Assembly (NCBI GenBank): GCA_964016885.1
Contig: OZ024741.1
Location: 394,568,001-394,632,000 of the forward strand
Direction of reading: 5' to 3'
Length of the DNA stretch: 64,000 bases
Source of the DNA: Eledone cirrhosa
Taxonomy: Eukaryota
The number at the start of each line of letters is the position of its first letter. Positions within the stretch are counted from its first letter, which is position 1. Shown in pieces: positions 38,220 through 52,289 of the stretch. The notes beneath the pieces are model-generated. The model had not been told where the DNA came from and searched no databases. It worked only from the letters and a program-made list of their open reading frames with translations. The position numbers and the translations under genes were made by a program.

Positions 38220-41200
38220 AAGAATGAAGAGTAACATGGTTGGCTGTACAATAAGGGGCTTTATTTCAAGTACTGACAATTGTTTCATTGATCAGATGAG
38301 TCTAAAGGTCGCTAATCGCTTGAAGTTGCGTCACTCGATCTCCAATACATTATTTACCTCTGATCAATACATCAGAGTACGTAGATATAAAAATAATTCA
38401 CTCGAGTCAAGACATATATAGCCTTCGAACTCGACCTCATGAACATGATAAGTGGAACTAAATTCAAAAAACGGATACATCACAACAAATTGCAAAACGA
38501 CATCAATGCACTACTAAAATAACTACGCAACATCAACGGTATTATAATAAAAGCAGACAAAACATCAAACGTATACACCAGGAGCCTTAATACATACAAT
38601 AATTTTATGCGCCGTGAATTGCACAAAAAATACAAAAAAAAACAACAGAATCTGCACTCACTAGCATTAATAAGGAAGGACTTAGCATAGTAAAAAAATT
38701 GAAAATATCTGATAAAACCGAGCCTCTAACCCCTTGTAACCCCACATTTAACCTAAAGGATCACACAAATAATTTCGAAATAGACCCCACAATTAGATTA
38801 ATATGCCATCGAAGTCGGATATAGGTGGAATTAGCAAGTATATACTAGATAGAGTAATTGCACAAATTAAGGAGAAACTAGTAATTAAGCTATGGTGTAA
38901 CACTAGCGAAGCAATAGACTGGTTCAGCAAAATAGACAGTAGGGAAACATCCAACTTCGTACAGTTCGACATTAATGACTACTACTCATCCATATCCCCA
39001 GTCACCCTGGGTAAAGCGCTAACCTTTGCCCAGAAAAATTCGGACCTTACCTCGGACGAAATTAAAATAATACTAGCTGCTAGGAGGACTATCATTAGAT
39101 TCGAAAATAGTTACTGGGAGAAAAAACAGACAGAATAGCTTCGATATCACAATGGGATCTAAAGACTCAGCGCAGGTAACGGACATGGTGGGAATATATA
39201 TAGCGCACAACTTACATAAGGAATTCAATAACCTCCAGGGAGGAATTTACAGAGACGACACACTCCTTTTAGCCAAAAATTTAAATAATTAAAACATGGA
39301 AAAATTACGAAAAAAACATTAGAGTATTCTTCAACAAACTAGGCCTAGGTATCACTTTCGAACTTAACTCTAAAAGAGCAAATTTCTTAGATGTAACACT
39401 CAACCAAAACACAGGATTAATAGAGCCCTTCCATAAGAATAACGAGAATCTAGCCTACATTAGTTATAACTCAAACCACCCCCGATCCATAATTAACTCC
39501 ATAGCACATAGTATATCCCTCAGAATATCCCGCCTATCTTCTAACCTAGAAATGTTTAACGAACACGCAAACTATTATAACATAGCTTTACATAAGGCTA
39601 GACATAAGGAGAAGCTGGAATACTTACTAGATAGGGACAGCAGCAACAAACCTAACGACAACAACACTACCCGCTCATATAGAAGTAACAAGCATAGGAC
39701 TAAGCATAGAATTAGACAACGAGCACCAAAAATAACTGAACCCCCAAAAACTATAGAAGATCCAGAGATAGAAAATACTTATGGTTCCATCCAATATTCA
39801 ACTCCTCTATAAAAATTAAACTACCTTCTATAATCTTTAAACTAATAGACAAGCACTTCCCTACACTACACAAATACCATAGAATCTTTAATAGAAAAAC
39901 TATAAAACTATCCTACTCTACTGCAGCCAACATAGAATCACACATACGTAAAATCAACCACAAAAATATCTCTAAATAAATTAACCTACCAACATACACC
40001 ATAGCACCAAATACAAAACGCAAACACATAACAACATCACAACCACAAACACATCAGAGCGCATCACAACAAAACATTAATAGGCCTAAATCACAATCCA
40101 CCCACAACAACTTACAAAACTGCAACGGAGAACCTTCACACAGAAAAACCTCAAATTGTAATTGCCACCTACCGGATAAGTGCCCACTACAAAATAGATG
40201 GCTGGATTCGAGTATGGTATACCTGTGTACTGTAGATTCAGGCAACTCTACTTGGCACTACATAGGTTCCACGGCTGGAGAGTTCAAGAAAATGTGGTAC
40301 GTCCACAGACACTCCATGAACAACCGTAGACTGGAGAACTCTATGACGCTCGCCAATAAAATCTGGCAGCTTAAAAACAAGAACCAAGAATATAAGATTA
40401 GCTGGTCAAAATTATCGATAGCAAGGGCCTACAGCAACGGAATGTCCCACTGCGGTCTTTGTAATTTAGAACTACTCCATGGATGCTGCTTAACAGCAAA
40501 ATAGAAAGATCAATTTTCTGTAGGCATAAAATAGCTACCAGATTCACAAACTTCAAACCAACATGATTAGAACCAGCAATCCCAAAATTAGAACTGAATC
40601 ACCTAGATTTTAGCATATAGAATACACACCATCACACTGCTATTAGCTGTCAAATACTTGTATCCCCCAATTAATCTATAATTTATTGCTTTTTCTTTTT
40701 CTTTTATCTGTCACTACATCGGACTCTCTACACGTATCTATCTATATTTCGATTTTGATGTTTCATGTTAGCACTAAACCGACCAAAGAATCCTTATAAG
40801 AACACTTACTCACCACCACCACAAACATACTCTGTACTTACATGCTCTCACTTTTCCTTATTTATTTATATTTTCCATTTTCTTATTTTCTTACTTTTTT
40901 AATGTATCCTATCTTATCTTTTACTTTTTACTTTTTACTTTTTACTTTTTACTTTTTACTTTTTACATCTGTAACTTCTCTACCTATTTACCATATATAT
41001 TTTATTATTGATGTTATTGTTTTGATTATACGCTATTCTTCTATATATGTTTTGCCTCAAGTGAATTGTTTTTATATCTACGTACTCTGATGTGTTGATC
41101 AGAGGTAAATAATGTATTGGAGATCGAGTGACGCAACTTCAAGCGATTAGCGACCTCTAGACTCACCTGATCAATTAAACAATTGTCAATACTTGAAATA

Positions 41201-41249
41201 AAGCCCCTTATTGTACAGCCAACCATGTTACTCTTCATTCTTTCACTAT
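38213..41249 (+). mobile_element. Penelope-like element (RT + GIY-YIG), 5'-truncated, bounded by 209-bp inverted copies of its 3' end (38213-38421 and 41041-41249)
   Basis: FVQFDINDYYSSI, FDITMGSKDSA, GIYRDD, NFLDVTLN and the GIY-YIG region MVYLCTV..YIGST..CGLCNLE; many stops. The inverted repeat is also visible as the twin ORFs 38224-38421(+) and 41041-41238(-). Confidence 0.88.
38270..38380 (-). ncRNA. Hammerhead-like motif in the Penelope terminal repeat with a long stem II insert (more decayed copy at 41082-41192, + strand)
   Basis: Minus strand reads GTACT-CTGATGT-ATTGATCAGA..TCTGATCAAT-GAAA-C(AATT)G-TC-AGTAC; core A9 is T. Confidence 0.6.
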
Positions 41250-41407
41250 TATAACTCCAAGTTTAACCTGCATAGAAATTACCGCGAACTCGCTGCATAA
41301 CTATGGAAACATCTTGTTGAGTCAAACAAAGCCGTGCATTAAAACTATCCACAAAGCCGAGTACTCACAACCTCTAACTGGATTACCTATAACGATAACT
41401 TGTTATC

Positions 41408-41444
<37 letters not shown>

Positions 41445-41454
<10 letters not shown>

Positions 41455-43134
41455 GGAAGATGTCTGTCTATGTGTGTGTATGATTTTTATGCATTTCCAC
41501 ATTTCTCTACCGATTTCGATGATTTTTTTCAAATGTACTCCAAATTTACCAACGGTGGTCAACGCGTAATAAACTTTGCCAAAAATTTCCTGCTTCTATG
41601 AAAAAAATCGATAAAACTAAATACATGCTGTAACCCTCTCTCTTACACGCTTATTCACTCTCACTACTACCCTAAAAAATCTATGAAACTACATACATGT
41701 TGCAACTCTCTCTATATATATCGCACACTCACACATATACATATACATCTAAAGAGAGAAAGGGAGATGTAGAGAGAGAGAGAGAGAGAGAGAGAGTGAG
41801 ATAGGTTGTTATACAGAGAGAGGTACAAGATAATCAGATAGAGAGAGAGAGAGAGATAGAGAGAGAGTGGCGACGAACGCTGGTTCACACACACACACAC
41901 ACACACACAAACACATATATATATAAAGACAGAGAGAGAGGGGGGATCTGCGCGTTCTTTATTGTTCTCCATTCTGTAGAGGAAGAGAGAGAGAGAGGGG
42001 GTATGAGTGAGAGAGAGAGAGAGAGAGAAAGAGAGAAAGAGGGTGGTACGAGAAAAAAGGGAGAGGGTTTGAGAAAGAAAGAAAGTTTAAGCAAAGAATC
42101 GCTGCTTTCAACATTAACGGGATCTTCTGAAACTAAAAAATTCAATCTGTGAACGCAGAATTAAATATTTCGAGAAGCGTTGCAACCGAAAGAAAACAGG
42201 AAAACGATATTTTGGTTCGTGAAGACGTTCCCTGGTAATGAACGGGAAAAAAGCGAGGATAATACGTCGTTATGTGAGCGAGAAGAACAATTTCATGCAA
42301 AGACAAAACCAAGTTTATGGTGTAAATGGAGTCGTTAGACTAATATTCTATTTAAAATAACCGAATGATTTCCAGCCCCGGAGTTTAAGAATGATGTAAA
42401 TAAAATTGTAAACGAAAATGACAGAGGTTATTAAAATAGTTGTTTCTACTTTTAGCACAAGGCCAGCAAATTACCCAATACATTACTGGTACTTTATTTT
42501 GTCGACCCCGTAAGGATGAAAGGCAAAGTTAACCTCAACGGGATTTTAACTTTGCCTTAAAATAGTAAAAGTAAATAGTGAAGATTTAGGCCAGTACATA
42601 CGTATGCGCCGACGGACATACACATACATATACATACGCACACACAAATACATACACACACACACAAACACACACACGCGCGCACGCACGCGTGTGTGTG
42701 TGTAAACCTTATGCATTTCTACAGTATTTTCACCAAACTTAAGACATAGGTTACTTATGTACTCCGGATGGTCATGGGCACTTTCATTTTTCCAGATATT
42801 GATTATAGGGCCCGCCGGCAGATAACCCCTTTTAACCACTTCCTTGGAGTCGACTGAAGCATTGCAGTGCAATGCAACAAAACGTCATAACTTCTAGAGT
42901 TCGCAACCGTTTTTCACAAAACTTGACACATGGGCTACGTTTGTTCTACAGATGAATGTGAACTCTCAGAATTGGCACATATTGAGTGGGGGACCCCTGG
43001 GGGCAGGAACCCGCTTTTGGAAAATGCCGATGATTTTGTAAAAGTATAGTTTTCGAAGCAGCACTGAAGTATTGACATATATGGTATACATAACTGCTAT
43101 TTAATACCCGAGCAACGCCGGGTACCTCTGCTAG
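41445..43134 (+). mobile_element. Non-autonomous Helitron-like repeat(s), probably composite, with internal (GA)n and (CA)n
   Basis: 5' TATATAAAACGGAAGATGTCTGTC after (TA)n; 3' hairpin TACCCG..CGGGTA followed by CTAG at 43131-43134. Confidence 0.6.
42435..42546 (-). mobile_element. SINE 3' fragment of the same family as 58503-58694
   Basis: Reverse complement matches CTTTGCCTTTCATCCTTACGGGGTCGA..AAATAAAGTACCAG..GGCCTTGTGC. Confidence 0.8.
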
Positions 43135-43624
43135 TATATTTATATATATATGTGTATATATATAACTGATGTTGTCTGTGTGCGTGTGTCCTCATTTTTG
43201 CAAAGTCTATCCAAATCCACATTTCTACTCCGATTGTCTTCAAACTAGCATTTATATATTCCTTGCGGTCTAAAGATATTAACTGCAGCTTTTATTTTTC
43301 AATTTTCTGTTGTTAAAGGAGTGTTAGGCGCCGGTTATCCATCTCCGTCGCGCTCTTATAATATCTGTCTGTATACCTGGCTGTCTGCATTACGAAATTC
43401 TGACGAACATTGATGACGTATTATGTTCGCTTTTTTCCGTTCATTGCCAGGGAACGTCTTCACGAACCAAAGTATCATCTTCCTGTTTTCCTTCGGTTGC
43501 AACGTTTTTCAAAATATTTACTTCTGCGTTCACAGATTGATGTTTTTAGTTTCAGAAGATCCCGTTAAGGGTGAAAGCAACGATTCTTTGCTTAAACTTT
43601 AATCTGTTATTTTAATCTATATAT

Positions 43625-43827
<203 letters not shown>

Positions 43828-45573
43828 CTTGGGGTACCCCACTTGTTATTGATGTTTCCTTTGAGAGGGCTCCGTTTGCTGCGACTGTCTGGCTTCTGTC
43901 CTTTAAGAAGTCGTGCAGCCACTCACCTACTTTTCCAGTTATGCCGAGTCCGTGTAGTTTGTGACATATCATTCCGTGGTCGACCCTTGTCAAAGGCCTT
44001 CGCAAAGGCAAGATATATCACGTCCACATGTGAGCTGTCTAGCAGTTGTTTCAGTACCCAGTCGTAGTGATGTAGCAGCTGTGTAAGGCAGCTTCTTCTT
44101 GGACGGAAGCCATGCTGCGTGTTAGTCAGGCGGTCATTTTCCTCGAGGAAAGTGATCAGTTTCTTTCTGATGACTCGCTCCATGACCTTACTGATATGCG
44201 ATGTCAGGGAGACTGGCCTATAGTTTTTGGCCTCCGCTCTGCTACCTCCTTTATGGATAGGCATATTGTGCCTTCTTTCAGGTACTGAAATAACTGCTAG
44301 ACAGCTCACATGTTGGCGTGATATATCTTGCCTTTGCGAAGGCCTTTGACAAGGTCGACCACGGAATGATATGTCACAAACTACACAGCCTCGGCATAAC
44401 TGGAAAAGTAGGTGAGTGGCTGCATGGCTTCCTAAGGGACAGAAGCCAGACAGTCGCAGCAAACGGAGCCCTCTCAAAGGAAACATCAATAACAAGTGGG
44501 GTGCCCCAAGACACAGTCTTGGGACCGCTACTGTTTTTGGTGGCTCTCTCAGACATGCCCTCTGTACTACATACAACAACATCCCTCACTAGCTATGCTG
44601 ATGATACTAAGGTAGCACAGGCAATCAAAAACCTGGCTGACGCTGCCCTTTTACAAGATCTGGATTCTATATACAAATGGGCGGAAGACAACAACATGCA
44701 GTTTAATGCTGCCAAATTCCAAGCCCTTCAATACAAACCTGAAGACACAAATACAGTACAACACAGTTACGAAGGACCAGGAGGGACCGATATCCCCGTG
44801 TCAAAATCGATACGAGACCTGGGTATAGACATGAGCGATGATGCATCTTTTTCCTCACACATCATGAAAGTGGCGACAATGTGCAGACGACTCGCTGGCT
44901 GGATCTTGAGGACTTTCCGGACAAGAGATCGAGACACCATGTTGACACTATGGAGGACATTTGTCCTAAGCCACCTGGACTATTGCTCCCCGTTGTGGTC
45001 ACCCCATAGTGTCAAACTAACCACGGAGCTTGAGGCAATCCAGCGAAGCTATACCAAGAGGATTGCCAAGATGAAGGAGATAAGCTACTGGGAGAGGCTA
45101 AAGGAACTGAACCTCTACTCCTTGGAGCGAAGACGGGAGAGATACGCAGTGATCTACATGTGGAATATGCTGGAGGGACTAGCACCAAACTTTGGCATTG
45201 GGAGCTGGACCAACCGTCGAACAGGACGTCACTGTGTGGTGCCAAAGGTCCCGTCTTCCACATCTAGAATAAGGAGCAGATATTGCAATAGCCTGGGTTT
45301 CAAGGGCCCTCAACTCTTCAACAAGATGCCGAGGGATCTGAGAGATATGCATGGTGTAGAGGTGGATGTCTTCAAGAAACATCTCGACACCTTGCTATCC
45401 AGGATCCCGGATGAGCCCACACCAAGTCACGAGGGAAACCTAAGAGCAGCAGCAAGAAGCTCCCTCTTGCACCAGTGGCCAACCAATACAGGCTGGAGAT
45501 AAAATGTGTAGCAATAAGGGTGATGCCCCAGCATGGCCTCAACCGGATGGCTGGAACAGGTAAAAGAGTAAAA

Positions 45574-45576
<3 letters not shown>
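43828..45576 (+). mobile_element. CR1/L2-group LINE 3' portion with an inverted 5' segment (43828-44266 on -; RT C-terminal ORF 44318-45502 on +)
   Basis: NYRPVSLTS and QHGFR..RSC on the - strand; SGVPQ, YADD, RDLG, HLDYCSPLWSP and LYSLERRRER on the + strand. Confidence 0.85.

Positions 45577-45650
<74 letters not shown>
45577..45650. repeat. (TA)n microsatellite
   Basis: Seen in the sequence. Confidence 0.97.
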
Positions 45651-45656
<6 letters not shown>

Positions 45657-45796
45657 AGAGAATGTATGTATATAGATGAAGCTCTAGCTTGCATTGGCAG
45701 GAATGATTTCAATGTAAACGAAATATAATGAAGTTATTGTTTACATAACCCATCACATGTATTTCGACGAAGTCAGTTCTCGTTATATATTTTATA

Positions 45797-46235
45797 CTAG
45801 CAGTGGTACCCAGCGTTGCACGGAATAAGGTATTTTGGAACGCGGGCCGCCAACAGACCTAATCGTGGAAAAACTGCATGCCTGGACAATATGTAAAGAA
45901 AATAAACCGAATACTCTGATGGCTGGATAATCTTTAAGATTTTCCTGGATGAAGCAGGAAAAATGCAGGTTTTCACCTAATGCGGGCCCTAGGGGATCAA
46001 GAAAATGAATTTTTTTTTATGTGCATAATATGCCTTGAAATTTCGGGGAAATCGACTAGACGTAACGCCTCAAAAAAGGTTGTCAAAAAGTTGAATTGTT
46101 TATGTGCATAACACTCCCTGAAACATAAGTAATACACATGTAAAGTTTGAAAAAAATAGGTTGGATACTTCCCGAGTTTTGGGGATTCAAACTCACAGAC
46201 ACACACAGACAGACATCCTCAGTTATATATATATA
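45797..46235 (-). mobile_element. Short non-autonomous Helitron-like element
   Basis: Minus strand begins TATATAACTGAGGATGTCTGTCTG and ends CCGTGCAACGCTGGGTACCACTGCTAG, like the end at 43105-43134. Confidence 0.7.
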
Positions 46236-47039
46236 GATAATGTACATCTCTGTTTATTAACATTATTCAGTTGAAGGTTATAGTTAATTGATTCAAAATA
46301 ATATAATGTAAACATTATTTTGAATTGATGTCTTAAGCGCAAATTTACACACATACAAACATACACGTCTGTTTAGGCTATTCAACAACACTGGTGCATG
46401 CAAAGTTGCGTACATACATATGTTGAAGGTTGTGAGAAGGTTAAAATTATAGACAAATAAAACAGATGAAAAAGGGAGACATGTATGGACCTGGGTAGGA
46501 ATCGATAATGTGTGTACATAAAGTATTAAACACTGACATAAAAAGCAATTGGTAATTTAGCTTTAGCATATGTTACACAAAGAACGAGTGTAGTAACAAT
46601 GCGCCATTGGCTACCACGCTGCCTTCACTAACTAATATGCTAAAAAAGCAAACAACTTATTGATGGTGTGTCTGCTACTGGGTTTGACTTAGGTAAAAGA
46701 ACTCTCATTCTTTGTCCTTATAATAGTGACAGATTCCTGATGAGGCCAGTAGCTGTTGCAGGCTTGCTGTCTCTATTTATATATTGATATTAAAACCAGT
46801 AAGGAGAGGAATTGTCTCTCTTATATTATAAATACTAGTACGTAACCCATTGTTTTACAGGCGTAATGAGTAATATTTGGTTTCTTCACCAAGCTTTAAC
46901 AAAACTATGGATGATGGACTCTCCCGTCGTATTTTGATGTATGAAGACTCAGTTCCTTTTTTTATGGTTATGCCTTAAATGTCACTTCAGTCCAGCTGCT
47001 GATTTACACATCAAGTTCTTTATACCTTCATGACAGACA

Positions 47040-50000
47040 GTTTTCCATTTTCCAGTCAGCGGCTAGGGTTTCAAAAGTAGTAAGAAGTATGTTCACAGAT
47101 TTAAGATTGCACTTAATTTTAAAAAGGATTTAAGTTTGTTTTTATATCTGAGTAATTATCTGCCTACATTACGTACACCATAATGACGTTGACCTTGGGT
47201 AGGCGACCCTCAGTCATTCGTAGGACATGACTAGTCCATCTAAGTTGGGGTTGCATCAGAAATGATTCAATCCCACCAATGTTGCACCTCGTTGGAGACT
47301 CAGAAAGCACATAACCACAGATAGAGCAAAGACAATATTTGTGGAAGACATCAAGCTTATAAATATGGGTGAGATAAAGTGTCCATGACAAATAAAAGCG
47401 ATGTCAGTACCTCTGCACGATAAACTGCAACTTTCGTTTTCAGGTATATATCCCTGACACGCCATAGAGGATGATGTAGTTTGTTAAAGGTGTCAGTTGA
47501 TGATCTCATCATTCAGGGATGCAGAGGGGTTCACCTTGCTGCCAATATAAGTAAAGGAGTTCACATACTTCTCATCTTTGCCATTAACAATGGTGTGAAC
47601 ATGGGGATGCACGTGCCCCGGCTGTCCCTGGTTAATATTTACTTAATGTTGATTATTAAATCAAAAACCTTACTGGCAAGCGAGAAGGGGTTCATCAATC
47701 CTCGTGCCTCTTTGATCATCAGCAAACAGTAAATTTTGAATAACACTTGTTCATGTAAGTGTTTAACCTTAAAGTGGGTTGAATAGCCCACCTAATGTAT
47801 AGAATTTAAATCTGACACCGATGCCAGCAAAGAGAACAGGAACCATGATACAACCCAGCTTCGTACCATTTGTGACACCAAAGGGTTCAGAGCATTCGCT
47901 ATTTGACATAATTGATGATTTCATGACCCCCGTGAAAAGACATGAGGATAGTCAGCATATTGTCAAGCATGCCAACCTTTTTGAGGATTTTCCAGCAAGC
48001 TTGGTTATTAACAGTGCTAAATGCTTTGATCAAGTCGACAAAAATCATTAACAGCTCATGGTTCATTTCACGAACATTCTCAGCAACCTGACGAGGGGGG
48101 GGGGGGGGGGGGATTAGGACAATGGTACCCCGATCTGCACAGAAACCACATTACTTTTCAGGGTGGACATCATCGATAAGTTTGGATATACGTAATTCTG
48201 TTGAGGATGACACGGGCAAGTATCTTACCAGCAAAACAGAGAAGAGAGATGTCATGACAGTTGTCACAGATCGATTTTTTAACTTTGTTCCTGAAGAGAT
48301 GTATCTCTGAAGTCTTGAGGGACATGTACGACCTTCCAGATTTCCAGAAATAGCTTACGATCCAGTTTTTGAAAATTTTAGGTGGGATACCATCTTTACC
48401 GGGAGCTTTATTTAATGTTGCTTGATAGTGGCTTGTACTTCATTCAACCTTGTATTGAATGCTAATTCGGATACCACTGGCATTTGTGGAATAGATGATA
48501 TTACATCTTCATCTACGTTTGACTTAGCATTTAGGACCTTTTCAAAGTGCTACTTCCACCAAAAGAACATCTAAGCTTTGTCTGTGTATAGGGTTGCACC
48601 ATTAGAGGATAGAATTGGATTTGGTCTGCTCTCCATCGGACCATACACTGTCTTCAAACCATTATAAAAGGCCCTTGAACCCTATTTATCACCAGCTTTC
48701 TTGTAGTTCAGCTGCTTTAACTGGGCATCCTTCATCTTTCCAAGTGAGGACTCTACTTGCTGCTTACAACCTTTATAGGCTTTCCTTTTAGTTGTTCAGT
48801 TTTTTTTTTATCTCCAATCCAAAGCCTGTGTAGGTTATGCATCTTGCTGATAAAATTCTGGGCATCTGAATTGCTTTCATAAAACCAGTCCTGGTGTGTT
48901 TTAATAGGAAATCATAAGATTTCTACGGAGGCTGTATAGGTGGCATCTTTGAATGCTTTCCAGGAAGTCTTAATGTCATCACAAATCTGGACATAGTCGA
49001 GTGATCAGTGAAGTTTTGCAGAAACTTCCAGCATCTTATAAGTAGATCTCAAAGCACCTACATCAACCTTGAAGACGCCTTTAGTTGGAAAGATAAAATG
49101 AAACCTTACTACACAGCAGTGCATGACCCAAGAGATAGCAAGAAGAGTTAAAAGATCAAGTGATTTTGAAATCTTTTAGATCATGCTTGTGTGACATAGT
49201 CAATCATGTCCAATCCTTGGATCTAGGTGTTGTTTGCAAGATCCAGAGAAAGAGTCATGAAACTTTGGGGAATGATGTTAGGGATTTAGCAATGTCAAAT
49301 CTAATAACAAAACCAACACTAGATTATGGTAGTCTTCTTCACCTTTTCCAGACCCTTTTCCTACTTCCATTTGCGATGTGCCAGGGAGTCAGGTTTCACT
49401 TATGCACAGATATCGATATCATATCTACATATTGAGTGCATTGCAAATGAAGGTTAATCTTCGTTCCAGTTAAATACTTTATTTTGACAGCCACAGTTTA
49501 CTGCCAGGTTAAAAGATTGAGCATCATTTATTTAAAGCTCTCTTTCCACCCCTCCCTGTGTAAGAAGAGCAGTGCTATGTCTAAAAAGACCTGCTTTGTC
49601 ATCATCAGAAGACATGAACACTGCAAGCTGCTCATATTTTGTGTATGAACAACCATCACCTGATGGTCACCACAGTGAAGAGCTCCAGCTAAAGACTTCC
49701 TGTAATACCATTTACTTGATCCGGTTGCCTTTCTCTCTCGCCAGTGTGCTTTGTATTAATGATGGGATAGCAAATGGACAGAACTGGTAGAACTGTTGAG
49801 CTACTCACACAAATGGAATGTTTATAGTGGTGAACGCTTGTGTTGAACCAGTCACACTCCTTGGAAATGTTGATAACAAAGGATTGGTGCAAAAGTTTGC
49901 CACGAACCCAGTGAACAACACACCTCAGGTATTGGATGGCCATTGACTGTCAAGAGTTCCTCCATCATTTGACAGGTTTTGTTTTTCCTCGCGCAAGGTG

Positions 50001-50060
50001 TCCGAAAAATCACCCTCCTCACCATGTAAGCTTGATGTACTGGGCTATATGTTACCAATA
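47040..50060 (-). mobile_element. Old RTE (BovB-like) LINE, highly decayed
   Basis: Residual LRWTSHVLRMTEGRLPK, VTNGTKLGCIMVP, FVDLIKAF, HQDWF and PILSSNGATL; boundaries approximate. Confidence 0.6.
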
Positions 50061-51139
50061 GCAGTTAACTGACATGTGGTGGTATATTAGCACCAGATTT
50101 ACATCAAAGGGTTATGGTACAACGAGTCGATACTTTCTATATCGATATTATTGCATTGTATATTCATACTCCCCATTTTCAATATACCGGTAGACTTGCG
50201 AGTGAGCTATTTTAGGCATTCCTCCCTGCCTTCCACTGTCCAAGACTGTCAATGTCCCTGTCGCAGTCGTCATATCAACACGTGAGTTTGTGTCTTGACT
50301 CAAACTTAATTATGGACAGTTAATGCCTTGTCTAATTAATGAGATTGCTTTACTGATGAAGGTCAGCTTCTTAACATTAATAACTATCCATTTAATGATG
50401 GTAATTATTCGGATTTCTCAGTACCAAAAACAGCGCTGTCTAAGAATTTGTTAGAACTATATATTGCTAATGTAATCATAATATAATAAAGGGAGGAATG
50501 TGGGACTGTGTCCTGCATATATGTTTTTATTCCGTTAGTAAAATAAGTTGGATTACTTTGAATATTACATAATTTATGTACTAAATTTCGTAGCTATTGA
50601 TTAAACATAAATATTCTTATATATAATGATTGCTTATTTTAAGATTCACTTATTTTAAAATTTTCAAATGTCAATACTTCCGGTTATGATATAACGGACC
50701 CTATATCATATCGCTTATATAAACATTCATCTATTTGCATCGTTATATCATAACGTTTATATTTCTGTCGCTATTTTTCTCCTTTTTCGTTTTCATTACA
50801 TTTCACCGTAATGCAGTTTATATATAATATCGTCTTTTTTAAATGTATCATGGATTACTTTACTGGTTACAGAAGAGAGTGTAACACAGTCTTCGTTCAA
50901 TTTCTGTGTATATTGTCAATTACGATTTTATTTGAAGTATCATATCTAAATGCATATATACTTGCGTATAATATCAATATGCACTAGCAGAAAACTACCA
51001 GAAGGGTGGTTTTTCTGTTAGTGTAAGTAATATTTTAATGTTCAACTTGATTCTATGATTTTCATGCAAGATATGAATAATGTTGGATTCATAAAATTAT
51101 CTGTATGAGTGCCTTCTTTTTTTTTTTTTTTTTTTCTCG

Positions 51140-51457
51140 AGACAGCTTTCCTCGGGATGTGGGAACCCCGAACGTAAAACTCACATCCAAACTTTTAAAG
51201 GGGTTCCCAAAAGAAACTCCACCAACTATGGAGGTCGAACCACCCGACCTTCACAAGAGCCCAGGAGGTAAGTAAACTTTTCCTCTCTCTTTTAGCCTGC
51301 CAACATAGCCGTATTAAGAGTAGGAAGTTTAAATGTTCGAGGCCAGGAAGCAGGGTCACCTGCTCAACGACTTCAGGTCTCTAGAAATTGATGTAATTGC
51401 CGTCAGCGAGACCAGGATTTTCGACGCGCGCGCATTAGCCTCCATTTTCGACGACTA
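51140..51457 (+). mobile_element. Fragment of a related Tx1-like element (ORF1 end and ORF2 APE N-terminus)
   Basis: RVGSLNVRG..QGHLLNDFRSLEIDVIAVSETRI matches Tx1-B RIGSINARG..QGHLLNDLRSLNIDVVAISETRI. Confidence 0.8.
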
Positions 51458-52285
51458 TTAGATCACGTGTCTAGATATATTTAAGGTGGCCGACAACATC
51501 AGACTGCTATTAAGTAATAGCATGAAAAATTGGGAAGACTCGTTGGGAAGAATGAAAATAAAGAGAGGTATCTTCCAAGGAGATAGTCCGTTGCCTCTAT
51601 TGTTTGTCGTTACCCTCATACCCCGTCCCTCGTATTGAGAAGAGTGAAGGTTGGATATCAACTGGGAAAAGGAGAACTTACCATCAATCACCTTCTTTTC
51701 ATGGATGACCTAAAAATCTTCAGGAAGAACGAGGAGGATCTAAATATACTTGTTAATGCTGTTCGTATTTTCAACAATGACATTGAAGTGCAATTTGGTA
51801 TTAATAGTTGTGGAGTCCTGATAATGAAAGGGGGCAAATTGAAAAGAAGCAAAGCAATCGAGATACCAACAGGTGAGATGATAAAGGAGATTGACACTGA
51901 GGAAATATATGGGTATTTAGGAGTCTTGGAAGCAGATAACATCAGAGACAAAAAGAATAAAGGAGAAGATAAGGTCTGAATACATAAGGAGAGTGAGAAA
52001 TGTACTGAAATCACACCTGAATACTAGGAATGTCATAAGTACTATAAATTCCCGAGCTGTGAATATTATTAGGTATAGTGCGGGAATTCTTAAATGGAAT
52101 GTAAACGAACAAAAGAACTAGATAGAAAGACAAGGAAATTAATGACTATCTACAGTATGTTTCATAAGAGGGGAGATGTTGATAGACTCTACTTAAGGAA
52201 AGCTGAAGGCGAGAGAGGTCTTATCAGCGTTTTCCTCAGAAACAATGCTTGTTAACAGTTTCCACATTACGGACAGACATGTGAT
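51458..52285 (+). mobile_element. Diverged Dong-A-like RT fragment (+), ending in a short inverted piece (about 52232-52285)
   Basis: [44 protein letters not shown]; the terminal piece matches + strand 8340-8393. Confidence 0.85.
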
Positions 52286-52289
52286 TCCG

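Noticed and set aside
46730-46810. CTGATGAGGCC hammerhead-like start
   Set aside because: No intact GAAA or matching stem II/stem I partner found.
50981-51024. 44-bp hairpin as a possible miRNA or terminator
   Set aside because: Too short for a pre-miRNA, has no supporting context, and intrinsic terminators are not relevant in this eukaryotic DNA.
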